This document shows, piece after piece, positions 27,774 through 36,627 of a stretch of 64,000 nt of DNA. The position numbers were made by a program, and so were the translations under genes. The stretch comes from a virus, in IMG/VR virus record IMGVR_UViG_3300034104_005002, positions 1 to 64,000 of that record. One strand, given 5' to 3'. Under the pieces are notes generated by a model, which was not told where the DNA came from, made no database searches, and saw only the letters and a program-made list of their open reading frames with translations. Position 1 is the stretch's first letter; every line of letters begins with the position of its first letter.

Positions 27774-28351
27774 TTATAATGTAAGTATCCTGTTAGGATG
27801 TATTTGTCATTGGTCACTGGGACTTCTCCTTTATGGGGGAACATCCACATGGGAGGAAATATTAGTAGAGAACCCTTGGTGGGATTGGCTCTAAAATTGG
27901 TAAAAGATGTCTCTCCACCAAGCTCCACAGTGTTAAGATAATAAGTAAAAGATAAAAATCTTCTAGCAGAATTATAATCGAGAACGTCTACATGCGTATT
28001 AAAGAATTCATCTCCATTATTTTTATATCTTTTAATTCTAAACTGCTCAAAATTGTGTTTTTCAGGAAAGCACCGATCATCAACATATTCATAATACTTA
28101 TTTTTATACTCAAAAGTTTTTGAGATTATGTATTTATGAACAGTATTGACTTCATCGGTGATTTTGCAATTTTCTGTAAGATTAACTTGAGTGAAATTTG
28201 GAGTCCCATCATTTTCAATTTTTTCTTGAAGATGGTACTGGGACTCAAAAAAGTTAATTAAGAAATCACAAACATTATCTTCAATTGCATTGGGATATAG
28301 CTGAATTAGATCATTTAGTTCAATCATCAATTGGTTCCGGTTCTTGTTCAA
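27770..28351 (-). CDS. 2OG-Fe(II) oxygenase
   Basis: HVD...YLN...GGET...FPP.W.FPH...KY motifs. Confidence 0.9.
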   Translation of the reverse strand: MNKNRNQLMIELNDLIQLYPNAIEDNVCDFLINFFESQYHLQEKIENDGTPNFTQVNLTENCKITDEVNTVHKYIISKTFEYKNKYYEYVDDRCFPEKHNFEQFRIKRYKNNGDEFFNTHVDVLDYNSARRFLSFTYYLNTVELGGETSFTNFRANPTKGSLLIFPPMWMFPHKGEVPVTNDKYILTGYLHYK

Positions 28352-29375
28352 CTACCAGATCTTCGGTTAAAGAAGAGCCATACTTGAATTTCTTCTGGGC
28401 ATAAGCATCTAGTTGTTCAAGAAGTTCTGGGGTGAAATATTCTTCTGGATTTGCATAAATGACGTTTTTACCAATCTTTTTACCGTTGATCTCATAACGG
28501 TTGCCGACCCTGGGAATTATACCAGATTCCTCACCGATGTCCAAAAGTCCGTAGTAACGGTCGAGTCCGCGATGATCATAGTATAAACGTACTGATACTT
28601 CTTGATTCTCTCTACTTAAACGAGACTTAAATGTTTTGGCCTTAATAATACTACCAACGATTTCGGTTCCGTCTTTTTCTTTAGATTTGGTTAATTCAAC
28701 AATTGTAGAAGCCGAATATTGCATTCCAGAACCAGAACTTTGAACAAATGCCGGACCATAACCTCCCACATTTGCATAAATGTGATTGGTCACAATCATT
28801 GGAATGTTTGCCTTACCAAGTTTAAGTGTAAGCATTCTAAACGCCGCCTTTGTAAGTTGGGCTCTTGTCATATCACGTTTTTCTTCACCAGCAAGGGTAT
28901 CATTAATCTCCTTATTAGTCGAAAGCATCCCAAGAGAATCAAGAACAAACATACATGGTCTTCTTTCTTCCTCTGGCTTCTTCATATAAATGTCAACCGC
29001 CTTAAGAGCCTTAGTTCTAAATTCTTCCACAGTAACCACGTTTAAAACTACTACCCTTGAAAGGTCAATTCCCTTTTCCGATAGCATTTTTCTAGTAACG
29101 GCAGCCTCAGTGTCAAAATAAAGACAATATCCTTCTGGATTCATTTCTAAGTAATTCTTGACTACAGCAAGAGAGAAGAAAGTTTTTCCCGATGCGTTCG
29201 CCCCAGAAAATGTAGTAATTTTATTACCAGAAACTCCCCCGAAAAGAGAACCACTGACAAGGGCATTAAGCATAAATGACCCAGTATCTACATAAATTTC
29301 GTCTTCACTAATATCTTCGGCTAGTTGAGCATATTCTGAGCCGACTTCCTTAATAAGATTTTCTAAAAATTCCAT
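28320..29375 (-). CDS. uvsX: RecA-like recombinase UvsX
   Basis: GANASGKT, YFDTE, LDSLGML, DMTRAQ; likely start MEFLENL. Confidence 0.95.
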   Translation of the reverse strand: MEFLENLIKEVGSEYAQLAEDISEDEIYVDTGSFMLNALVSGSLFGGVSGNKITTFSGANASGKTFFSLAVVKNYLEMNPEGYCLYFDTEAAVTRKMLSEKGIDLSRVVVLNVVTVEEFRTKALKAVDIYMKKPEEERRPCMFVLDSLGMLSTNKEINDTLAGEEKRDMTRAQLTKAAFRMLTLKLGKANIPMIVTNHIYANVGGYGPAFVQSSGSGMQYSASTIVELTKSKEKDGTEIVGSIIKAKTFKSRLSRENQEVSVRLYYDHRGLDRYYGLLDIGEESGIIPRVGNRYEINGKKIGKNVIYANPEEYFTPELLEQLDAYAQKKFKYGSSLTEDLVVEQEPEPIDD

Positions 29376-29380
29376 AAGTT

Positions 29381-31879
29381 TTAAATGAAAAATTGATCGA
29401 GTGTAATTGTTTCTTCTGTTTTCCAACCAATAATATCCAATATTGCCTTTAACGGTTGCACAAAAGTTTTATCGAACTGGGTCTCATAATCCACGTAAGC
29501 ATGTAGACCGAATTCTTTTGGTAGAGTCTGTATAAATCCAATCACATTTTCCATGATCGGATTGGGCATCTTCAAGTAGCAATATTTTATCTTTTCGCCG
29601 TTGGATATAAAGTTGTATTTGTTCTCCAGGCCATGTTTTTTGAGGCTGTTGTTGTATAGGATGGAACCTCGTACATGGATAGGTGTTCCCTTTTTATATA
29701 GGGAGGTTGTTGACGAAAATTTGGTCACGTCTGATACACCTTTTGGAAATGCCACTTCTTCTGGGTCAAGTTTGAAGAATTCTTTCTTCGTTTCCTCAAC
29801 AAAGTTAATCATGTCCTCTTCGGTATAATTCATAAGAACCTTAAAAGCCGCATTGAGTTTGTTTCTACAAAATGCCGGAGTAGAAGACTTGACCGCCTCA
29901 ATCCCAGTAACAGAAATCTTTGGCTCAGAATACCTTACCCCCTCATTATCCCAAACATTAATAATGTAATGCTTTTTGCCTGTAATAAGAAACTTATCGG
30001 CAATTTTTTCTCTCTTCATGTGTAGCTTGTTTTTATAAGCATGAAGATAATTGGCTAGTTCAGTATAAGACTCATTGATGTATTCTTGAATCTTGGTTGA
30101 AAATATAGTGTTAATAAAATTAACAATCTTTTCTTTTGAGGCGTCTTTTCCTTCAAATATTTTATTGACTAGTGGATCAACATTGAGCATCACCGAATCA
30201 GTATCACCATAAATGCAGTAGTCAACTTTTTCAGTCTTAAGGAGTTTATTGAAATAAATGTTTAGTTTATTCTCGATCCATTTGAGGGCAAGTTGACCTG
30301 ATGAGGTAATGGCCTCGGCATTTCTTAGTTCATAAAACCTAAAATATGGAGATCCAAGAGCCCCGTAACCACTGTTTAGACAGACCTTAAGACTCAATTG
30401 CTTTACCTTATAATTAGAGATTTTATATCTTAAGGAATTGTCTTTAGATTTTTCGTATTCCTTTTCGGCGGCGATCTGGAGATTCTTGTATTGCTTTCTT
30501 TTTTCATACATGTCCTCAAGAATGGCCGGAATAAAACCCTGACGTTCTTTTGAATACATTGAACCATTAGGGCAAATTGAATACTCTGGATAGATTGATG
30601 TATCTACTTGTTTTTTAACAATCTTATCAACAGATATTGAAGGAAATGGTTGGTCTATAAGAGTCTCAGGGCTCACGTTGTGTTGCATCATAATATGTGG
30701 GTAGAGTGACGTAAGGTCAAGAGTCACTGTCCAACCATAAAGACCTGGAATTGGCTCCTTTACATAAGCACCCGCAAACTTTTCTGACTTGTTTGACTCT
30801 TTTTTGAGTGGGATGGCGATCTTCTTTTTATTGAGGTAATTGAAGATAATGTTGTCCCACATTCGCACCTGATAAAAAACGTCTTCGTAATTAGACCTAG
30901 ATTGATAAGCAAGATCAATCGCCATGTTAATCAGTTGGAGTTTTTCTTCTAGACGATCAACTAGTTCTACGTCAATCTTGTTATATTTGACGTAAGTATC
31001 CCAACCATAAGTATAAAAGTCCTTAAAGGTCTCATACTGAGAGTGATCCAGTTTATTCTGACCTAGTTCATTATAGGCAATTGTATCCAGTCTATAATTT
31101 TCTGGGTTCTTAAAGGAATACTTTTTATAAAGCTCCATGTAGTCAAGAAGACTTACCCCATAAATTTCGTATTGGGTTTCTACTTTATTGTTCTTTTGGA
31201 TCTGACGATCACGAATAAATTTCCAAGGAGAAAGCCTTTTTGCATCGGCAGTTCCAAGGACTCTTTTGATTCGGTTGATTATGTATGGGATATCGAAGCC
31301 ACTCCCGTTCCAGCTAGTCACAACATCCGGGTAATTAGACTCCCAGAAGGTCAAGAACTTATTAAGAAGATCGACCTCATTGGCACATTCTTGATAAACA
31401 TAATTATCCATTACCTCAGAAAAAGGCCGACTTCCCCAGGTATAAATTTTCTTGGTTGAATAATCCTGAATAGTAATCAGGAGAATTTCTTCCTGGGCGA
31501 TATCTGGTTCAGGAAATCCTCCAAGTTCGGCGGCAGTTTCAATATCAAGTGTATAAAGCCTGATTTTATTGATATTAAAATCTTCAATCTCTTCTGGATA
31601 CTTTTCGGAAAGGTACTGATAAATCGCAGTTTCATGACCATAGACAGAAATTCCGTCAACGTCTTTGTACTTTTCAAGCCATTCCCTACATTCATACATT
31701 GATCCGGGGTTGATCGCGGCAACGTTTTTTCCATCCAATGTTTTCCAATTGGATTCTTTGTTAGAGGAAATATAAAAAGTGGGTCTGAAGGCTACCTTGT
31801 CTTGAAAGGGTACTCCTTCATTATCATAACCTCGTTCATAAACATAGCTTCCAATTTGTTTAACACTTGTATAAAACAT
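29381..31879 (-). CDS. gp43: DNA polymerase family B (T4 gp43-like), uninterrupted
   Basis: DIET exonuclease motif, DLTSLYP, K..LNSGYG, YGDTDS. Confidence 0.97.
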   Translation of the reverse strand: MFYTSVKQIGSYVYERGYDNEGVPFQDKVAFRPTFYISSNKESNWKTLDGKNVAAINPGSMYECREWLEKYKDVDGISVYGHETAIYQYLSEKYPEEIEDFNINKIRLYTLDIETAAELGGFPEPDIAQEEILLITIQDYSTKKIYTWGSRPFSEVMDNYVYQECANEVDLLNKFLTFWESNYPDVVTSWNGSGFDIPYIINRIKRVLGTADAKRLSPWKFIRDRQIQKNNKVETQYEIYGVSLLDYMELYKKYSFKNPENYRLDTIAYNELGQNKLDHSQYETFKDFYTYGWDTYVKYNKIDVELVDRLEEKLQLINMAIDLAYQSRSNYEDVFYQVRMWDNIIFNYLNKKKIAIPLKKESNKSEKFAGAYVKEPIPGLYGWTVTLDLTSLYPHIMMQHNVSPETLIDQPFPSISVDKIVKKQVDTSIYPEYSICPNGSMYSKERQGFIPAILEDMYEKRKQYKNLQIAAEKEYEKSKDNSLRYKISNYKVKQLSLKVCLNSGYGALGSPYFRFYELRNAEAITSSGQLALKWIENKLNIYFNKLLKTEKVDYCIYGDTDSVMLNVDPLVNKIFEGKDASKEKIVNFINTIFSTKIQEYINESYTELANYLHAYKNKLHMKREKIADKFLITGKKHYIINVWDNEGVRYSEPKISVTGIEAVKSSTPAFCRNKLNAAFKVLMNYTEEDMINFVEETKKEFFKLDPEEVAFPKGVSDVTKFSSTTSLYKKGTPIHVRGSILYNNSLKKHGLENKYNFISNGEKIKYCYLKMPNPIMENVIGFIQTLPKEFGLHAYVDYETQFDKTFVQPLKAILDIIGWKTEETITLDQFFI

Positions 31880-32130
31880 TACTTAATAAGTTCTTGATAT
31901 TTTTCAAGTAGTGGAGAATTTGGATCAGCAATAGTCAGGAATTTATCCGAATGCATCATAAAAGTATTTTGTGTAGAGTAATTTATCAACCAGGGTTCTA
32001 AAAAGTCACCTTTAATCTCAAAAGGTTCAATGATCTTACAGTCTGGTTGTCCAATATCTTCTGGGACAACTTCCATAATCTGAGAAATAAGAATCAGAGA
32101 ATTTGGAAATAAAATTAGTTTAATGTTCAT
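31879..32130 (-). CDS. Conserved hypothetical protein upstream of gp43
   Basis: 83 aa, GQPDCK..EP and PW motifs; coupled to gp43. Confidence 0.7.
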   Translation of the reverse strand: MNIKLILFPNSLILISQIMEVVPEDIGQPDCKIIEPFEIKGDFLEPWLINYSTQNTFMMHSDKFLTIADPNSPLLEKYQELIK

Positions 32131-32158
32131 GAAAAAGAGGGCCTCTGTGGACCCTCGT

Positions 32159-32186
32159 ATTATAGCACCTCTTGGGCTTTTGTCAA
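32159..32186 (-). promoter_or_regulatory. Sigma70-like early promoter for the DNA polymerase operon
   Basis: TTGACA-N16-TATAAT with extended TGn; similar promoters at about 20544-20571, 35670-35699 and 40300-40328. Confidence 0.7.
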
Positions 32187-32292
32187 GAGGTCTTGTTGCG
32201 CCGACGTTATGGGGTGGGTAGCCAGAAGTATTTATATCTAATGTATTAAATTACTACAAGAGGGATCCAGTTTATTATGTAATAAGTGGTGA

Positions 32293-32736
32293 TTACCGTA
32301 CTTGAGGAGTCTCCTTTTTTTTACCCAAAGAATATTTTTCAACCAAATTCCAGTTCGTTTTATCCGCAAAAGAAATAATTTTTATCTGGTTTAATGGCGC
32401 TCGATCCTCCACCTGTGCAGGGTTTTTGATTTTTACGAGACCCCACTGCTCCAAAAGCGCCGAAATCGTGTGAAGCCTTTCCAAATCGTTTACAGTGATT
32501 GTGGCCTGACGATTATCCAGTGCAAACCCAAATTTATAATGAATAATATAATATTTTGCAGATTTATATAAAATATGTGCCGTCTGAAAAAGCTCTTTCT
32601 TATACCTAGAAGCCACCCCAATTCGGGTTAGTGTTTCTTTTGCAAGTAGAAAAGAATCTGGAGTTTCCAGTTCTACTTCTACCATAAGGTCTGGACTCCA
32701 ACGCACATATTGTCCATCCATTTCATAATTAGCCAT
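32293..32736 (-). CDS. regA: Translational repressor RegA
   Basis: ETLTRIGVAS, LFQTAHIL..KYYIIH, LL.QWGL, WNLVEKYSLG. Confidence 0.92.
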   Translation of the reverse strand: MANYEMDGQYVRWSPDLMVEVELETPDSFLLAKETLTRIGVASRYKKELFQTAHILYKSAKYYIIHYKFGFALDNRQATITVNDLERLHTISALLEQWGLVKIKNPAQVEDRAPLNQIKIISFADKTNWNLVEKYSLGKKKETPQVR

Positions 32737-32880
32737 AAAAATTCCTCAAAATAAAGTAATTATCAATTATTTAGTTTTAACGTAATGCAACTCTCGCCTG
32801 TCTTGCTCTCCGTTCCGGATCAGTTGTCGAATCTACATCCATTCTTCCCGGCTTAAGGGCCGCTTTTTTTTGTGGAGTCA

Positions 32881-33348
32881 TCACCATTCCAGATTTTTTG
32901 GAGATCTGCCGGATTGACCTTTACGAAATCTTATTTGTCCACTACCAGTCACCTCATCTAAAATACCATCGCGCCATTCTTCCGACATGTTTGCCATAAT
33001 TACACCAGCGTCCTCATAAGAATCACAGAACCCTTCAGAGACAAGATACTCGGAAACGATGTCGTAGAGGTCTAATTCTTCATTATAGGGGCCACCAACA
33101 TGTCTCATAGTACCAAAAGCACTTTTAGCACCCTTTTCTTTTTTCTCTCCCCTTCCAGCTTTATGATACGATCTACGTTCACTAGTTTGATCGCCAACAG
33201 GCATTACTAAATTTCCTTCTTTATTCCTTTTTCTAATTTTCTGAAGAGGAGTTAGACCTTCATCAGCTTTTGCCTCAGAAAGAGTTTTCTCGGCATAAAC
33301 CTCGTTGCGATAAATTTCGTTTATCTGCATTAAAATTTTGGGGTCCAT
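32881..33348 (-). CDS. Late hypothetical protein with YLVSEGF module
   Basis: 40 aa module nearly identical to one in 35797..36600; CTAAATA upstream. Confidence 0.65.
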   Translation of the reverse strand: MDPKILMQINEIYRNEVYAEKTLSEAKADEGLTPLQKIRKRNKEGNLVMPVGDQTSERRSYHKAGRGEKKEKGAKSAFGTMRHVGGPYNEELDLYDIVSEYLVSEGFCDSYEDAGVIMANMSEEWRDGILDEVTGSGQIRFRKGQSGRSPKNLEW

Positions 33349-33373
33349 TTTTAAATAGTAAATTATTAACTAT

Positions 33374-33748
33374 TTAGATCCCGCCAACATTTAACTTCTC
33401 TTTGATATAATCAATCTGTTCTTTGGATAATAGTTTCAATGCCTCGATTGCCTTTTCATTATTATAACCATAATAAGACTTAACTAATTCTAGATCTTCT
33501 AATGAATTCTTTTTTAAATAATTAGAAAATCTTTTTCTTTTAGGAACTGCATAGAGAAGAAACTTGTATTGCATTTCCTTGTCCATCGTGAACCTTTCAT
33601 TCAGCTCACTTGCAAAAAGAGCCGTATCGATATTTCCTGATAACATTCGATTGACAATAAAGGCTGGATATTGATTGGGATTATCAACCTCTTCTAATAA
33701 GTTTTTCTTGCTAAAATAAATTGAATTCAGCCAGTCTTTTAATTCCAT
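33374..33748 (-). CDS. gp62: Clamp loader small subunit (gp62)
   Basis: LKDWLNSI, YPAFIVNR.LS, YYGYN.EKA; synteny with gp44. Confidence 0.92.
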   Translation of the reverse strand: MELKDWLNSIYFSKKNLLEEVDNPNQYPAFIVNRMLSGNIDTALFASELNERFTMDKEMQYKFLLYAVPKRKRFSNYLKKNSLEDLELVKSYYGYNNEKAIEALKLLSKEQIDYIKEKLNVGGI

Positions 33749-34671
33749 TCACACTCGACCATCAATTTAATAAAACAGGCAATCAGATTAATTTCATTAT
33801 CCACAACATTCTTACTCATATGATCATGAATAATCAAAATGGCCTGTGGAATTGAAGGCTTGGGCATAACATTCTCTAGACCATCAAAGACCTTTCTTAG
33901 GATAACATTTGGATCACTGTCTAGGTTATTAATCACCCACTTTCGAGTTTCTGTAAAGTTTTTCTCTTTAAGATACTTATAAAGATCAGAAATCTTGACA
34001 TCAGAAGACTGGGCCAGAACAGAAGAATCAATCACACCAGAATTAGAATATTTCTGAAGGACATTCAGAACTCGTCTAAAATCTGGAAAATGTTTAATCA
34101 GAAGTTTGACAATAATCTTATCATCTTCACATTTAATTCCTTCTTGATCTAGGATATAAAGAATTCGATCATTAAACTGCTTGGCTAGAGCAGGCCTTTC
34201 TTTTGAAGGAATTGTGAAATCAATTACCGGGCATCTTGATTGCAGGGCCGGGTCAATTCGGTTTTTATAATTACAGGTAAACACAAAGGAACAATTAGAC
34301 TGTAGATCCTCAATAATGGCCCTGAGAGCCAGTTGAGAATCATTGGTCAGATTATCTCCCTCGTCAATCAGAAGAATCTTCTTTCCAGAAGAACAGAGTG
34401 AAACCGTAGAGGCGTAATTCTTGACCTTATTACGAATCACATCAATGGATCTTTCATCAGAGCCATTAATAATCAAAAAGTCTCGGTCAAGACTTTTTGC
34501 AAGAGCCTTAATTACATTTGTTTTTCCAATTCCTGGCGGACCAGAAAGAATCATGTTCGGAACATTTCCTGATTGTTCGATCTCAAGAAAGACTTTTTTA
34601 ATAGATTGTGGGAGAATACATTCCTCCACATTTTTAGAAGCATATTTTTCGACAAAAAGGAAATTACTCAT
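33739..34671 (-). CDS. gp44: Clamp loader ATPase subunit (gp44)
   Basis: FVEKY, GPPGIGKT, IDEGD, SRC, FPDFRR. Confidence 0.95.
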   Translation of the reverse strand: MSNFLFVEKYASKNVEECILPQSIKKVFLEIEQSGNVPNMILSGPPGIGKTNVIKALAKSLDRDFLIINGSDERSIDVIRNKVKNYASTVSLCSSGKKILLIDEGDNLTNDSQLALRAIIEDLQSNCSFVFTCNYKNRIDPALQSRCPVIDFTIPSKERPALAKQFNDRILYILDQEGIKCEDDKIIVKLLIKHFPDFRRVLNVLQKYSNSGVIDSSVLAQSSDVKISDLYKYLKEKNFTETRKWVINNLDSDPNVILRKVFDGLENVMPKPSIPQAILIIHDHMSKNVVDNEINLIACFIKLMVECEWN

Positions 34672-34677
34672 AATAAA

Positions 34678-35343
34678 TTATTCAAAGGTGGAATCAGGCT
34701 CCATTGCAACCCAATATGTCAATGGAATTTTTTTGTTTGTAAACTTGGAAATACCCTTCCTTGAAATCACCACATCATAAGACCCTGGATAGAACTGCAG
34801 ATTCTCATTTTTGATGTGCATACAGAACTTTTCGGTGGTTGATCCAACTTCAATAGAATATTCATTTGAGGTGTCGTTCTTTTTATCGTGAACGATCAAT
34901 TGAATAGTCTCTCCATCACCAACCACCGAGAGGTCATCCAAGGAATAAATCTGCCTGGCCTTTACAATCTTATCAAGAAAGGCCTGTTCCATAATGAAGC
35001 AAATGTCCTGAGAAGGCATTTTGATTTGCTTGTCTGGAAGATTTGGAATTGTTGAAAGACTTGCATAAAAATACTTGATCTTTCTTTTTCCTTCACTTAG
35101 AACGACGTACTTATCACTAGAAAAATCTAGATCTGGATCATCTAAGAGATTAAAGCTATTGAGAAATTGATTGAGATTGTAAATTCCAAATTCCTTTTCA
35201 AATTTCTCTGGGATGGTTGCTTCTCCATAAACGGCCCTGGATCCTTTAACTGTTTTTAGAGAATTTCCGGGTTTAATATGAATTGATTGACTGATTGATG
35301 CGAAGTTCTTTAGAAGAGCAAGAGTTTCTGGTGAAAGTTTCAT
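34678..35343 (-). CDS. gp45: Sliding clamp (gp45)
   Basis: MKLS..T..LLKNFASI, FGIY.LNQFL, YWVAMEPDS. Confidence 0.95.
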   Translation of the reverse strand: MKLSPETLALLKNFASISQSIHIKPGNSLKTVKGSRAVYGEATIPEKFEKEFGIYNLNQFLNSFNLLDDPDLDFSSDKYVVLSEGKRKIKYFYASLSTIPNLPDKQIKMPSQDICFIMEQAFLDKIVKARQIYSLDDLSVVGDGETIQLIVHDKKNDTSNEYSIEVGSTTEKFCMHIKNENLQFYPGSYDVVISRKGISKFTNKKIPLTYWVAMEPDSTFE

Positions 35344-35627
35344 TTATTTTCAATTAGGTCAAGATGATTAATAAGAAGCATAGTATAATGTAGAACCTTA
35401 AAGAGATCTGCTCGGGGAGTTCCCTTGCAATCATATCTGTCGATATATTTTGTGACATTTCCAGCGCAGAATCCTTCTCTTCGGGAATACTTAATTTTAT
35501 CTATTGTTTGATCATTACTCCCAGAAGACCTATCAACATAATGTTGATTATATGTAGTTTTCAGATATTCTTCTAGTTGTTTGAGAATCCTGTCCTCATT
35601 ATATTTCCAAAAGTGTTCGTTACTCAT
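35340..35627 (-). CDS. Conserved hypothetical protein
   Basis: TY.QHY, GFC.GN..KY..RY..K, DL.KVLHY motifs. Confidence 0.75.
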   Translation of the reverse strand: MSNEHFWKYNEDRILKQLEEYLKTTYNQHYVDRSSGSNDQTIDKIKYSRREGFCAGNVTKYIDRYDCKGTPRADLFKVLHYTMLLINHLDLIENK

Positions 35628-35796
35628 AATATTACAATAAAAAATCGGCTCTCTTGTGGGAGAGAACCGATTTTAGCACGTTAATGGGGAATTTGTCAAG
35701 TAGTCAGGAGATCAGGGCACCTAGGGCCGTGTTTTTTACAAAGTATCGCATCTGGTGTTTGTGCATAATTTTCTTCTATTAAGAAGTTTATTGGGT

Positions 35797-36600
35797 TCAT
35801 CGACCACTTGCTCTACGACGACGGGCGCGATAGTTTGTTGGAACTGTTCTATATCCAGACAAAGAGTTTGTTGATACTGTTTCTACATCATCATTACCAT
35901 CATAATCATGTTTCACTTCAACATTCTTTTCAGCATTCATGCGTTCTACACTTGCTTTTGCTTGTTTAGTTGCTCCTGAGCCATATTGATATGGATTTTT
36001 ATGTCCTTCCTTACCCATATCACGTCTAACGCCAGTTTCTACTCTATCTTGCCATTTTGGTTTTTTATATATGGTTGAACCTCCACGCCTTACCTGACGA
36101 ATATCATTCCCAGTGATTCTATTTCCAAGAGATCTTTGAGAACCTTTAACTGCTTCATCAAGAACCTCTTCAACAATGCCTTCGCGCCATTCTTCGGACA
36201 TGTTAGCCATAATTACATCAGCGTCTTCGTAAGAATCACAGAAGCCTTCTGACACCAGATATTCAGAGACTAGATCATATAGGTCTAGTTCTTCTTTTTG
36301 CTCTTTTCTTTTATTATTCTCCACTTTGCTAGGATTATGAACTCTAGCGGGTCCAGCATTTTTCATCAGTAGTGGATTTTTAGAGGATTTTATAATTCTT
36401 TTTGGCGCTTCTTCATCAAGAGCACTTAAATAAGCCTTATAAAGTTCTTCATCACTGTATTGATCAAGATCGTAACCCTCTTCAATAAGGGCCTCAACCC
36501 ATTCTTCAATGGAAAGCATTTCTTCTTCAGAAAGGGTTTCTTCATTATAAACACCGTGGCGATAAGCCTCGTTCAAAAGTGCGAGAGTATTTGGATTCAT
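35797..36600 (-). CDS. Late hypothetical protein with LIEEGYD and YLVSEGF modules
   Basis: Paralog of 32881..33348; CTAAATA upstream. Confidence 0.65.
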   Translation of the reverse strand: MNPNTLALLNEAYRHGVYNEETLSEEEMLSIEEWVEALIEEGYDLDQYSDEELYKAYLSALDEEAPKRIIKSSKNPLLMKNAGPARVHNPSKVENNKRKEQKEELDLYDLVSEYLVSEGFCDSYEDADVIMANMSEEWREGIVEEVLDEAVKGSQRSLGNRITGNDIRQVRRGGSTIYKKPKWQDRVETGVRRDMGKEGHKNPYQYGSGATKQAKASVERMNAEKNVEVKHDYDGNDDVETVSTNSLSGYRTVPTNYRARRRRASGR

Positions 36601-36627
36601 TTGTAAATTACTAAAACTATTAAGTAT

